Below are positions 1 through 9,959 of a DNA stretch of 64,000 nucleotides, piece after piece. The DNA comes from Candidatus Latescibacterota bacterium (GTDB lineage: Bacteria > Latescibacterota > UBA2968 > UBA8231), in the NCBI GenBank assembly GCA_965243025.1, contig CBDETY010000003.1, positions 4,608,001-4,672,000 on the forward strand. The letters run 5' to 3'. Within the stretch, counting starts at the first letter, position 1; each line of letters starts with the position of its first letter. Under the pieces are notes generated by a model. The model saw only the letters and a program-made list of their open reading frames with translations, was not told the DNA's origin and made no database searches. Position numbers and translations under genes: made by a program.

Positions 1-143
1 TCGGCCCCGGGAAAGGCGCCGGTGACCAGGGTGATCTCGTGGCGTCCGGCGAGGCGCTCGTAGATACGGCGCGCCCGGACCGCGCCGCCGCCGCCGAGCC
101 AGGGGTTGTCGACGTCGTCGTAGATGAGGTGGCAGATCCTCAT
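1..143 (-). CDS. Glycosyltransferase family 4, N-terminal part (runs off the window start)
   Basis: Not in the ORF track. Manual translation from ATG at 143 gives MRICHLIYDDVDNPWLGGGGAVRARRIYERLAGRHEITLVTGAFPG, a typical GT4 N-terminus (GGG loop, GHEVTLVT-like strand). Confidence 0.75.
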   Translation of the reverse strand, partial: MRICHLIYDDVDNPWLGGGGAVRARRIYERLAGRHEITLVTGAFPGA

Positions 144-203
144 GCCGTTCCGAGGCCCGGGCGGGGGAAGCGCCGCGGGCCGGCAGGTCCGTGTGGCAGG
201 ATG

Positions 204-803
204 CTACAGCCGTCCCTTGGTCGAGGGGATGGAATCGCTGCGGCCGGTCCGCAGGGTCGCCCGGTCGAGGGCCTGGGCGAATGCCTTGAAGATCGCCTCG
301 ATGCCGTGGTGGTCGTTGCCCGAGCGCAGCAGGTCGACGTGGAGGTTGAACCTGCCGTGGTCGGAGACGGCGCGGAAGAACTCGACGACCAGGGAGACGG
401 GGAAGTCCCCCACCCCGGTGTCGCGGAACTCCGGGGCGGCGCAGAGGTAGGAGCGGCCGGAAAGGTCGACGACGACCCGGGCCAGGGCCTCGTCCATCGG
501 CACGTAGCTGTGGGCGAAACGCTGGATCCCCGAGCGGTCGCCGAGCGCTTTGTCGAGGGCTTTACCGAGGCAGATGCCGACGTCCTCGACGGTGTGGTGC
601 TGGTCGATCTCGAGATCGCCGCGGCAGCGCAGCTCCAGGTCGAACAGGCCGTGGCGGGCGAAGGCGTCGAGCATGTGGTCGAAGAAGCCGATGCCGGTGT
701 CGGCGGCGCAGCGGCCCACGCCGTCGAGGCCGAGCTCGAGATCGATGTCGGTCTCCGAGGTCTTGCGCAGGACTCGGGCGGTCCGGGCTTCGGCGGCGGC
801 CAT
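204..803 (-). CDS. hisB: Imidazoleglycerol-phosphate dehydratase
   Basis: Motifs TGIGFFDHML, DQHHTVED, PMDEAL, NDHHGIEAIFKA, PSTKG. Confidence 0.97.
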   Translation of the reverse strand: MAAAEARTARVLRKTSETDIDLELGLDGVGRCAADTGIGFFDHMLDAFARHGLFDLELRCRGDLEIDQHHTVEDVGICLGKALDKALGDRSGIQRFAHSYVPMDEALARVVVDLSGRSYLCAAPEFRDTGVGDFPVSLVVEFFRAVSDHGRFNLHVDLLRSGNDHHGIEAIFKAFAQALDRATLRTGRSDSIPSTKGRL

Positions 804-2122
804 CAGCTTTCCCTCCCGCTGTCTTCGAGGCGGACCTCGATGGCACGGGCGTGGGCCTCGAGCTCTTCGGCCCTGGCCAGGCGCGCGATCTTCTCACCCG
901 TACGCCGCAGGCGCTGCCCGCTGTAGCCGAGGACACTGGTGGCCCTGACGAAGTCGTCGACGCCGAGGGCGGAGGCGAAGCGGGCGGCGCCGTTGGTCGG
1001 CAGCACGTGGTTGGGGCCGGCGAAGTAGTCGCCGACCGGCTCGCTGGAAGCCTCGCCGAGGAAGACGGCGCCGGCGTTGCGGATCTCGCCGAGCCAGCGC
1101 CAGGGGTCGGCGACCAGCAGCTCGACGTGCTCCGGGGCGATGCGGTCGACGAGGCGGGCGCCGGCTTCCAGGTCGGGCACGACGACGACGAGGCCGAAGT
1201 TGGCCAGGGCCGCGGCTATCTCCCGCCGCCGCGGCAGGGTGGCGAGCTGTCTTTCCGCCTCGGCCTGTACCCGGGCGGCGAGCGCTTCGGACGGGGTGAT
1301 GCAGACGGCGGCCTCGAAGCCGCTGCCGTGCTCGGCCTGCGCCAGCAGGTCGGCGGCGACGCAGCGCGGGTCGGCGTTGGCGTCGGCGAGGACGACGATC
1401 TCTGAGGGGCCTGCGACGGTGTCGATGCCGACGCGGCCGTAGACCTGCTGCTTGGCGGCGGCGGTGTACGGGCCGCCGGGGCCGGCGATCTTGTCGACCG
1501 CGGCGACGGTTCCGGTGCCGAAGGCGAGGGCGGCGACCGCCTGGGCGCCGCCGATGGCGTAGACCTCGTCGAGCTCCAGCATGGCGGCGGCGGCGAGAAT
1601 CACCGGGTGCGGCAGACCGCCGGGCCGCGGCGGGGTGACGACGCAGATCTGGTCGACGCCGGCCACCTGCGCCGACACCGCGGTCATCAGCAGCGTCGAC
1701 AGCAGGGGGGTCTGCCCTCCGGGGACGCAGAGGCCGACGCGGCGCAGCGGCAGGAACCGCTTGCCGAGGACGACGCCGTCCCCGTCCTCGAGGAACCAGG
1801 AGCCGCGCAGCTGGCGGCGGTGAAACGACCGGATGTTGGCGGCCGCCTCACAGACCGCTTCCTCCAAACCCCGATCCATTGCCGCCCGCGCGTCGTCGAG
1901 CGCCTTGCGCGGAACGCGGAATCCCCCGGGGGGCATGACGACGCCGTCGAACTTTTCGGTGTACCGGGCGACGGCGGCGTCCCCTTCGGCCTCGACGCGG
2001 CGCAGTATCTCCGCCACCGCATCGACGATCTCCGCGGGAAACCCGGCCTTGCGGTTCAGGACCGCTGCCAGCTTTCCGGCCGCTGGGGCTCCGGCGTCGG
2101 GGCAGCGCTGGATCTCGAGCAT
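803..2122 (-). CDS. hisD: Histidinol dehydrogenase
   Basis: Real start taken as MLEIQRC (ATG 2122, overlapping the hisG stop). Motifs [42 protein letters not shown]. Confidence 0.96.
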   Translation of the reverse strand: MLEIQRCPDAGAPAAGKLAAVLNRKAGFPAEIVDAVAEILRRVEAEGDAAVARYTEKFDGVVMPPGGFRVPRKALDDARAAMDRGLEEAVCEAAANIRSFHRRQLRGSWFLEDGDGVVLGKRFLPLRRVGLCVPGGQTPLLSTLLMTAVSAQVAGVDQICVVTPPRPGGLPHPVILAAAAMLELDEVYAIGGAQAVAALAFGTGTVAAVDKIAGPGGPYTAAAKQQVYGRVGIDTVAGPSEIVVLADANADPRCVAADLLAQAEHGSGFEAAVCITPSEALAARVQAEAERQLATLPRRREIAAALANFGLVVVVPDLEAGARLVDRIAPEHVELLVADPWRWLGEIRNAGAVFLGEASSEPVGDYFAGPNHVLPTNGAARFASALGVDDFVRATSVLGYSGQRLRRTGEKIARLARAEELEAHARAIEVRLEDSGRES

Positions 2123-3009
2123 CAGTAGACCACCTTGTTGAGGGGATACTCGATGATCCCCTCGGCGCCGTTGCGTTTGAGCCGCGGTATCAGGTCGCGG
2201 ACGATGGTCTCGTCCGCTATGGTCTCGACCGCCACCCAGTCGCCGTCGACCTGGTTGGAGATCGTCGGGGTGTGCAGGGCCGGCAGCAGCTCCATCACGG
2301 CGTCGAGGCGGGCGCGGGGCACGTTCATCTTGAGGCCGACCTTCGACTCGGCCTCGAGGGCGCCGGTCATCAGGGTGAACAGGTTGCGGATCTTCTGCTG
2401 CTTCCAGGAGTCGCTCCAGGAATCCCGGTTGGCGATCAGCCGCGTGGTCGACTCGAGCATGGTGTCGAGGATGCGCAGGCGGTTGGCGCGCAGGGAGGAG
2501 CCGGTCTCGGTGCCGTCGACGATGGCGTCGGCGACGCCGGGGATGCCGGCCTTGACCTCGGTCGCCCCCCACGAGAACTCCACCTCGGCCTCGACCCCGC
2601 GCTCGGCGAGGAAGCGGCGGGTGACGCCGACCAGCTCGCTGGCGACGCGCTTGCCCTGAAGGTCCTTCACGGTGCGGATGGGGGAGTTCTCCGGGACCGC
2701 GATCACCCAGCGGTAGGGCCGCGAGGTCGCCTTGCTGTAGAGCAGCTCGCCGACCTCGACGACGTCGGCGTCGTTCTCCTCGACCCAGTCCCTGCCGGTT
2801 ATGCCGGCGTCGCAGACGCCGCGGTCGACGTAGTGGGCGATCTCCTGGGCGCGGAAGAGGGTCACGCCGATCTCGGGGTCGTCGATCTCCGGCTGGTAGG
2901 ACCGCGAGGCGAGGCCGAGCCGGTAGCCGGCCCGCCCCAGCAGGTTGGCGGTGGCGTCGCGGAGGCTGCCTGACGGCAACCCCAGTTTCAGTCTGCTCTG
3001 CACGCTCAT
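2122..3009 (-). CDS. hisG: ATP phosphoribosyltransferase, long form with C-terminal regulatory domain
   Basis: Motifs LPSGSL, GITGRDW, SWGATEVK, ETGSSLRAN; C-terminal PTIS...GAEGIIEYP. Confidence 0.97.
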   Translation of the reverse strand: MSVQSRLKLGLPSGSLRDATANLLGRAGYRLGLASRSYQPEIDDPEIGVTLFRAQEIAHYVDRGVCDAGITGRDWVEENDADVVEVGELLYSKATSRPYRWVIAVPENSPIRTVKDLQGKRVASELVGVTRRFLAERGVEAEVEFSWGATEVKAGIPGVADAIVDGTETGSSLRANRLRILDTMLESTTRLIANRDSWSDSWKQQKIRNLFTLMTGALEAESKVGLKMNVPRARLDAVMELLPALHTPTISNQVDGDWVAVETIADETIVRDLIPRLKRNGAEGIIEYPLNKVVY

Positions 3010-4016
3010 ATCTCCCCGGTATCCGGTTCCTGGGCTTTCAGCTCCCGCAGGGTTTCCAGCACCCTGCCGGCCTCGCGGCGATCCTCGGCGGTGCCGGACT
3101 CGGCCAGGGGCCGCAGGTGCGGGGACGCCTTTTGCGCCCCCATCATTTCGAGGGAGCGGACCGCCTTGGTCCTGATCGTCTGCATCGGCTCCTCCAGCGA
3201 GGCGATCAGCGCCTCGGCGACGTTGTCGCGGGTGCGCTCGGATATGGGCCGGGGCCGCGGGGCCTTCCCGGAGGCGAGCTGGCCGAGCGCCTGGACCGCC
3301 ACGTGCCGCACCCTGGCCGAGGGGTCCCGGGTCATGCGGATGATCTCCTCGGCGGCGCCGCGGTAGCCGAACTCGCGGATCCCCAGAAGCGCGTTCACCC
3401 TGACCTTTGGGGTCGGGTCCCGGAGGGCGCGGAACACCACCCGGTAGGCGGAGTCGCCGACCGCCGGCTCCAGGGAATCGCTGTAGCAGCGGCCGAGGGC
3501 CCTGATCACCTCCTTGCGGACCTCCTTGGAAGCCTCGCCGGCGTAGCGCAGCATGGGCTCGACGGCCTGCGGGGCCTGCAACTCGCCGAGGCTCCAGGCG
3601 GCGACGGCGGCCACCATCGCGGACTTGTCGTCGAGGGCGGCGATCAGCGCCGGGGCGGCCTCGGGGTTTCTCAGGCGGCCGAGAAGCCGGACCACCTCGA
3701 AGCGCACCCGGGTGTACTCGGAATCCGCCTCTTCCATCAGCCTCGGCACGATCTCGTCGCCGTAGAGCAGCAGCTTGGCGGCGGCCTGTTCCCGCTCCTT
3801 GCTCTGCTGGCTGTGCAGGAGATGGATGTAGGGCTCCGGCGACGGTTTCGAGCAGCCGGTGAGAGCGGTACCGGCGACGATCCCGCCCCAGAACAGGGGG
3901 ACGGCGAGCAGGGCGGCTCCGGCGGCCGGCGGAAACGACCGCCGGATGCGGGAAGCGCCGGTTTTCGGAAGAGCTCTCATTGCTGGAGGTTCACCCGTCG
4001 ATTCGTCTGTCTGCAA
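3006..4016 (-). CDS. HEAT-repeat protein, possible lipoprotein (start may be ATG 3980)
   Basis: Repeated VRxxAVxALG HEAT/PBS-lyase-like units; hydrophobic stretch followed by LTGC. Confidence 0.8.
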   Translation of the reverse strand: MQTDESTGEPPAMRALPKTGASRIRRSFPPAAGAALLAVPLFWGGIVAGTALTGCSKPSPEPYIHLLHSQQSKEREQAAAKLLLYGDEIVPRLMEEADSEYTRVRFEVVRLLGRLRNPEAAPALIAALDDKSAMVAAVAAWSLGELQAPQAVEPMLRYAGEASKEVRKEVIRALGRCYSDSLEPAVGDSAYRVVFRALRDPTPKVRVNALLGIREFGYRGAAEEIIRMTRDPSARVRHVAVQALGQLASGKAPRPRPISERTRDNVAEALIASLEEPMQTIRTKAVRSLEMMGAQKASPHLRPLAESGTAEDRREAGRVLETLRELKAQEPDTGEI

Positions 4017-4248
4017 TCGATTTCACCTATACCAATATATAGGCGAAGCGGAGCAATGCGGTTACGGTTCCGTATCGGTTCGGCCGCGCCGGCGGTCAGA
4101 ACGCGGCCGGCGGGCGGCGTCCGCCCGCGAAAACGGGCGCCGCCGGAAGGGTTCCGGACAACGCGCGGGTATGAAAATATGCAATCCGCTGCGCATCGAC
4201 TTCAGGCGATTCGAGAATCACGCGTATCCTGGATTCGGGGTACCAACG

Positions 4249-5253
4249 CTACTCCAGCAGACCTCGCGACTCCAGCTCCCCGACGGCACTGTCGACGCGG
4301 TCGTCCGCGCGCTGGCCTCCCGCCCATTCAACGAGATCCCGCAGCCCGGTTTCCAGGGGCACCTGCGGCGAGAAACCGAGAGCCCCCTGGATTTTTTCGA
4401 TGTCGGCGACGCAGTGGAGGACGTCGCCGGCGCGGACCCGGCCGCCCGGTCCGATCTCGCCGGTGAAACCGAGGGCCCCGGCGAGGCGTCCTGCAAGATC
4501 GAGAATGGAAGTCGCGGCCCCGGTCCCGACATTGTAGGCGCCGCCGGGGCAGCTTCCGTCGAGGGCGAGGCAGACCGCCTGGACGACGTCCCGGATATGG
4601 ACGAAATCGCGGGTCTGGGTGCCGTCGCCGAAAATTACCGGCGCCTGCCCGTTCAACAGCCGCGAGGCGAAGATCGCCGCCACCCCGGTGTAGGGGTTGT
4701 TCAGGGACTGCCCGGGGCCGTAAACGTTGAAGAACCTGAGGGCTACGGTCGGAATCCCGTAGGCACGACCCAGGGAGAGGGAGAGTTCTTCCTGGTCCCG
4801 CTTGGTGACGGCGTACACCGACGTCGGGCGAAGCGGGTGGCTCTCGCCCGTTAGGCCGGGGTCGCCCTCCCCGTATATCGACATGGAGGAGGCCACGACC
4901 ACCTTTTCGATGCGGCCGCCGAGCTTGAGGACCTCCTCCCACAGGACCGCGGTGCCGCTGCAGTTGACGTCGACGAAATGCTTCACCTGGTACATCGACT
5001 GGCCGATCCCGACCGCTGCCGCCAGGTGCACTACGCGGTCGACGCCGTCGAGGCATTTGGCCACCGTGTGCGGATCGCGAACGTCGCCGGTCACGCACTC
5101 GGCCGCCTCGGCCGCGAACGGGGGTCGGCTCTCCCCGTGGACCTGAGGGTCGAAGCTGTCGAGCACACGGACATCGCGGCCGCAGGCGCACAGCTGACGC
5201 ACGAGGTGGCTGCCGATGAATCCGGCCCCGCCGGTTACCAGGATCCTTCCCAT
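4249..5253 (-). CDS. NAD-dependent nucleotide-sugar epimerase/dehydratase (extended SDR)
   Basis: Motifs GGAGFIGSH, YAVTK, RFFNVYGP, GDGTQTRDF. ATG 5253 preferred over TTG 5271. Confidence 0.93.
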   Translation of the reverse strand: MGRILVTGGAGFIGSHLVRQLCACGRDVRVLDSFDPQVHGESRPPFAAEAAECVTGDVRDPHTVAKCLDGVDRVVHLAAAVGIGQSMYQVKHFVDVNCSGTAVLWEEVLKLGGRIEKVVVASSMSIYGEGDPGLTGESHPLRPTSVYAVTKRDQEELSLSLGRAYGIPTVALRFFNVYGPGQSLNNPYTGVAAIFASRLLNGQAPVIFGDGTQTRDFVHIRDVVQAVCLALDGSCPGGAYNVGTGAATSILDLAGRLAGALGFTGEIGPGGRVRAGDVLHCVADIEKIQGALGFSPQVPLETGLRDLVEWAGGQRADDRVDSAVGELESRGLLE

Positions 5254-5313
5254 TTTTTCCCCATCTTCCAAAGAACCTCCGCCGCGAGCGCCGGGCCTGT
5301 CGAAGAAATGCCG

Positions 5314-5346
5314 TAACTTTATTATCTATATATGGTTATAATTTAG
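5314..5346. promoter_or_regulatory. AT-rich divergent promoter region with TATAAT at 5337-5342
   Basis: Strongly AT-rich patch in a GC-rich background between the divergent epimerase and flippase genes; perfect -10 hexamer on the + strand. Confidence 0.5.
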
Positions 5347-5428
5347 AAGATGCGAGGTTCCCCGTCCAAATTGCCGCTGCCGCCAAGGCCGGCCTGAAGA
5401 TTTGCAGCCAGTAGAACGCGGAGAGGAC

Positions 5429-6889
5429 ATGGTGTTCAGGCGGATCGCGCGGGGTGCGTTCCACACCCTGAGCAGCGCCTACGCCGGCCGGTTGGTCAAC
5501 TGGATCGCCGTCTTCGTCCTGACCCGCGAGCTCACGCCGGAGGACTTCGGCCACGTGGCCTGGGCGGCCTCCCTGCTCGCCCTGGTTGTGTCCCTGCGCA
5601 ACTTCGGCCTCCAGAACGCCCTGCTGCACGACCACGAACGCGTCCACCAGCTGGCGCCTACCCACTTCATTCTCAATACCGGCCTGGGGGCGCTCGGGGC
5701 CCTCGCCGCGGTTGCCCTGGCGATTTTTTTCGTCGACAGCCAGTACGGCCGCAGCGTGGCCACGGCGATGGTGGTCTTCGCTGCCTTCGATTTCCTCCGG
5801 GCCTCGGCCCTGACCGCGGAAACCCAGCTCAGGCGCGACCTCGAATTCAGCTCCCTGGCGAGCATCCATGCCCTCGCCCTGATCGCGGCAGCGGTCTCCG
5901 GGATCGCGCTTGTCTTCCTGGGAGGCGGAATCTGGGCGATCATCCTCAGCCACTCCGCCTACGGAATCGGCTACGTCGCCGTCTACTGCGCCCTGCTCTG
6001 GCGCCGCCGCTCTCCCCTCCGGTTCAGCCTCTCCGACTTCGACCGGGCCGGGGCCCGGCGCCTCTTCCGATACGGGAAATGGATCTGGGTCGGGGTGATG
6101 CTCCAGACCTTCCTGCTCAACTTCGACAGGCTCGTGGTCGGCGCCCTCCTGGACGCCAGGGAACTCGGATTCTACGACCGCGCCCATGTCTTCGCGCAGC
6201 TTCCCACCGGGGCCCTCACCCATGCCCTTACGGGCATCATGATCGCCGTCTTCGCGCGCTATTCACAGGACCGGCAGCAGCTCGCCGGCGCCTTCCGCCG
6301 CTCGCTGCGGTGGATCAGCCGGTTGGCGGTTCCCTTGTCGGTCCTGCTCGCCATCGAGATTCCCCTGATCGTCCGGGTGCTGCTGGGAGAGTCCTGGCTG
6401 CCGATGGCGGAGATCCTGCGCTTCCTTCTTCTCTACTCCCTCTGCCGCCCTATCCTGGAAGCGGCCCTGACCCTCCTTCGCAGCATCGGAGATCCCCGGG
6501 GATTCGCAGCCGTCTGTGCGGCACAGTTCGCCATCCTCCTGGTTTCAGCGCCGGTCCTTACCTGGGCGCTGGCCATCAAAGGGACCGCCATGGCAATGAG
6601 CCTGACGGCGCTGACCGGCATGATCCTGGCGCTGGGACGCAGCAACCGCTACGTCGACGTACCCTGGGTTCGCAGCTTTGCACCGCCCCTGCTGGCCGCG
6701 GCCGCGACCGCGGCGGTTCGTCTGGCCGCGGATCCCTTCATCGACGCCTTGCCGACTCTTCCGGCCCTGGTCGTGGGGGTCACCGTTTTCGTTTTTTCCT
6801 ACTGCGCCGTCCTGCTGGCCCTGGAACGTCGAACCCTCCCGAACGAGCTGAGAACGTTCCGTGCCGCCCTGAGAAACGAAGAATCCTGA
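5429..6889 (+). CDS. Oligosaccharide flippase, Wzx/MOP family
   Basis: Many TM helices; RELTPEDFG, DRLVVGALL..ELGFYDRA are WzxC-like. GGAGAGGA precedes ATG 5429. Confidence 0.9.
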   Translation: MVFRRIARGAFHTLSSAYAGRLVNWIAVFVLTRELTPEDFGHVAWAASLLALVVSLRNFGLQNALLHDHERVHQLAPTHFILNTGLGALGALAAVALAIFFVDSQYGRSVATAMVVFAAFDFLRASALTAETQLRRDLEFSSLASIHALALIAAAVSGIALVFLGGGIWAIILSHSAYGIGYVAVYCALLWRRRSPLRFSLSDFDRAGARRLFRYGKWIWVGVMLQTFLLNFDRLVVGALLDARELGFYDRAHVFAQLPTGALTHALTGIMIAVFARYSQDRQQLAGAFRRSLRWISRLAVPLSVLLAIEIPLIVRVLLGESWLPMAEILRFLLLYSLCRPILEAALTLLRSIGDPRGFAAVCAAQFAILLVSAPVLTWALAIKGTAMAMSLTALTGMILALGRSNRYVDVPWVRSFAPPLLAAAATAAVRLAADPFIDALPTLPALVVGVTVFVFSYCAVLLALERRTLPNELRTFRAALRNEES

Positions 6890-7013
6890 CGCCAACCTCG
6901 ACCGGGTTCCCGTGGAAACTAAAAAATTGAACATGGCCTGCGGGTGATTGGAACCCGGTTGAAGAGATTGATAACTTCAGCCTGCTCACTAAAACTCAAA
7001 GTATAGAAACCGA

Positions 7014-8192
7014 ATGCGCATCGCCCACGTCTGCCCCTGGTTTATCCCCGGGTTGAGCTACCAGGAAAACTTCCTGCCAAGCGAACAAGCGAAACTTGGG
7101 CATGAAGTATGGATACTCACCAGCGACCGCATCCCCCCACGCCTGCCAGCGGCGGTGAAACGGTTTGCCCCGGGCCTCTACGAAGAAGATTCGGTTAAAA
7201 TAATACGTATGCCTTCGATCATGCCGCTGAAGAACAGGGGACAGGTTTTTCTGCGCAACATGCATCCCGCATTGAAAGGAATCGACCCGGATATAGTCCA
7301 CGTACACGGCCTCTGGTTTCTGCCCACGCTGCAGGTAATGACGCGGCGTTACCGTTGCGCCCTGGTGGCCGACGACCATGCGGACAACGGAAACCTTCCC
7401 GCCGGGCCCGGAAATATAATCCGCTTCGGTTTCGCGCGGTGGGTCTGCAGGCGGATACATGGAAACGGCGGCAGGATTTTTTCGGTAAACCCGTTCTCGC
7501 GCTGGTTCGTAACCGAAGTTCTGCGAACGCCCCTCGAGGCGGTCCACTTTCTCCCGCTTGGGATCAACACCCGGTCCTTCTATCCCGATTCCGGAAAGCG
7601 AAGGGAGGGAAGAGAGAAACTCAACCTTACGCCGGAAGCTTTTGTTTTCGTTACTTCGGGCCGGCTGACTTCCGGAAAAGGGTTCGAGCTTCTTTTAGAA
7701 GCTTTTTCGAAAATCCACCGCATTAAAACGACAGCCAGGTTGATGATCATCGGATCGGGATCGCAGGTGTATGAAAGTCAACTGCGCGGTCTCGCGGAAA
7801 CACTGGAAATAGAGAATGCAGTTATCTTTCTCCCCTGGATGTCCCAGGAAGACCTCTGCACAAATTACAACGCTGCCGATGCCGGAGTTCTGCCGGGAAA
7901 GTTGGGTGGAATCAGGGAAATTCTGGCAGTTGCCCGGCCCCTCATCGTTCCCGACCATATGGCGACCCGGTATTTCGTCGACCGGGACAACGGCTCGACA
8001 TTCACCCCGGATAACCCCTCCAGCCTTTCTCAAGTCATGCTGCGCTACATGGAGGATTCCGGCTTGCGGAAAAAGCACGGTGAGAAATCCCTCCTGGCCG
8101 CGCGTGAACACCTTTCCTGGAGGGCGATAGCAGGTGAAAGCCTGCGGGTCTACTCCGAGGTAATCGAGCGTTCATCGAAGGCGGAAAATTGA
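7014..8192 (+). CDS. Glycosyltransferase family 4
   Basis: Motifs LGHEVWILT, PDIVHVHG, SGRL..GKGFELLLEAF; visibly lower GC. Confidence 0.9.
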   Translation: MRIAHVCPWFIPGLSYQENFLPSEQAKLGHEVWILTSDRIPPRLPAAVKRFAPGLYEEDSVKIIRMPSIMPLKNRGQVFLRNMHPALKGIDPDIVHVHGLWFLPTLQVMTRRYRCALVADDHADNGNLPAGPGNIIRFGFARWVCRRIHGNGGRIFSVNPFSRWFVTEVLRTPLEAVHFLPLGINTRSFYPDSGKRREGREKLNLTPEAFVFVTSGRLTSGKGFELLLEAFSKIHRIKTTARLMIIGSGSQVYESQLRGLAETLEIENAVIFLPWMSQEDLCTNYNAADAGVLPGKLGGIREILAVARPLIVPDHMATRYFVDRDNGSTFTPDNPSSLSQVMLRYMEDSGLRKKHGEKSLLAAREHLSWRAIAGESLRVYSEVIERSSKAEN

Positions 8193-9865
8193 AAGCGGCA
8201 ATCTCCGACAAGCGCATTGTCTGGCCGGCTTACGGGGCCGTCGTGGTCTTTCTGTCGGCGGTGTACTTCGCCGGCGTCAGGGATTTGGGCCTGGACGTCC
8301 ACGATGCGCAAACCTTCCGGGACAACGCCGCCATCGCGCAGGACTGGGGGTTCTACTTTTCGCCGGAAAAGGAACAACGGACCGGACGGCCGCTGGCCGA
8401 CCTCGTCAAGTATCTCGCCTACGTTGTATGGGGCAACAGCCCTCAAGCCTTTCACCTGCTGGTCGTAGCCGCTCACGCCCTGTCTTCGATCCTTCTGGGC
8501 GTTGTGGCCTGCCTGCTGAACGCCGGACGGTGGACGGCCATGGCGGGCGGGCTGCTGTTTCTCGTAAACGTCTCCCACTTCCAGGCCGTTCACCACATTT
8601 CCGCCCTGGACTATCCCCTGGGCCTGCTGCTGATGTTGTTCGGCCTGTTGTGCTACGAACGCCGGCTTTCGGGCGGGCGGAGCTGGTGGTGGGGAACCTA
8701 CGCCGGAGTGCTGCTGGCACCGCTGGCGCACGCTTCGACGGCGTTTGTCTGGCCCGTTTTCCCGTTGTTCGCCCTTGTGCGCGCCGGCAGGTCCGCGCTG
8801 CGGCCCTTGCTGCCCCTGCTGGGCCTGTTGACCCTGGAGATGGTTCTGTTGGTGGCCTTCATGCCGGAAACCACCAGCACCGGCCGGGCCTTCGACTTGT
8901 TCGCGGCGGGGGACTTTCTCGACCTGATCTCCGGTATCGCTTTTTCCGCCCTATGGCTGTCGGGCAGACTGCTGACAACGGCCCACTGGATCGGAGTTCC
9001 CCTGTACGAACGGGTATTTCTGGACCCATACATCGGGGCGGGGGTCGGCCTGGTGTTGGCAGTCCTGGTCTTCCGAATGAGGGCCCCGGCCAGCATATGG
9101 GCCGCATGGAGCCTTCTGGCCCTGACCCCTTTCCTGCTCATGTCCCACGACCCGGTGCTCAACGACAGGGTGTGGGCCTGTACCCGCTATCTGTACGCTG
9201 CTTCGGCTGGCACTTCCGTGCTGCTTGCCCTCGGGTTGGCCCGGGCGGGAAGATTCCTTGGCCCCTGGGGGCCCTGGTTTCAGGGCGGCGCCACGGCGGC
9301 CCTGTTGGTCAGCAGCTACCTCGCCCTGAAGCAGGCCGAGGGCCTCTCCCTGTTTTCGTCGGGTCGCAACTATGTAGCCCGAGGGGATTATGCCACCGGC
9401 CTTGCCCAATTGAAGCGAGCCATCCACCAGGGGCCGGATGCCATCGACCTGGAGTTCACATACGCCCACGTCTGCTTCCTGACCATTGGCGACCGGGGGC
9501 ATCGGTTCTTCCTGCGGCAGGCCCTCGATGCGTACCCGACCCATCCCCTGCTGAATCTGCTATGGCCGGTAGTCCGCTCGATGGATGCGGATTCCACGAT
9601 CGCGACACCGGCCTGGGACCGGTTGAAGCTGCTGCGGGACAGCTCTCCCGAGACCCGCATACAGCTTACCCCGGGGGTCTGGGTACTGGCGTCGAACGCA
9701 AAAAGCGACGTAGCCGCCGCCTATCACAAAGTGGGCAACGGTTTTCGATCGGAAGGGGATTTCGACAGGGCTGTCCTGGCGTATTCCCGGTCCCTGATGT
9801 TCCGCCCGGACAGGGTTCAAACCAGGCAGGCCCTGGCGGAGCTGAGAGACCGCGGGTCCCCCTGA
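8189..9865 (+). CDS. Polytopic membrane protein with C-terminal TPR, TMTC/GT-C-like putative glycosyltransferase
   Basis: Acidic loop after TM1 (DVHD), RP, HLLVVAAH, HFQAV, RYLY, then TPR-like helices; TTG start overlaps the upstream stop. Confidence 0.6.
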   Translation: MKAAISDKRIVWPAYGAVVVFLSAVYFAGVRDLGLDVHDAQTFRDNAAIAQDWGFYFSPEKEQRTGRPLADLVKYLAYVVWGNSPQAFHLLVVAAHALSSILLGVVACLLNAGRWTAMAGGLLFLVNVSHFQAVHHISALDYPLGLLLMLFGLLCYERRLSGGRSWWWGTYAGVLLAPLAHASTAFVWPVFPLFALVRAGRSALRPLLPLLGLLTLEMVLLVAFMPETTSTGRAFDLFAAGDFLDLISGIAFSALWLSGRLLTTAHWIGVPLYERVFLDPYIGAGVGLVLAVLVFRMRAPASIWAAWSLLALTPFLLMSHDPVLNDRVWACTRYLYAASAGTSVLLALGLARAGRFLGPWGPWFQGGATAALLVSSYLALKQAEGLSLFSSGRNYVARGDYATGLAQLKRAIHQGPDAIDLEFTYAHVCFLTIGDRGHRFFLRQALDAYPTHPLLNLLWPVVRSMDADSTIATPAWDRLKLLRDSSPETRIQLTPGVWVLASNAKSDVAAAYHKVGNGFRSEGDFDRAVLAYSRSLMFRPDRVQTRQALAELRDRGSP

Positions 9866-9959
9866 CGGTTGGATGGACATGTCGGTCGGAGGCCGCGGTA
9901 AATTGAATTCAATCTTAAAAAAGCGGGTCTGAAAAAAGGACCCGGTAAGGACTGCCATC

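Noticed and set aside
1-203. Expected hisH downstream of hisB
   Set aside because: The translation is a GT4 N-terminus, not a glutamine amidotransferase.
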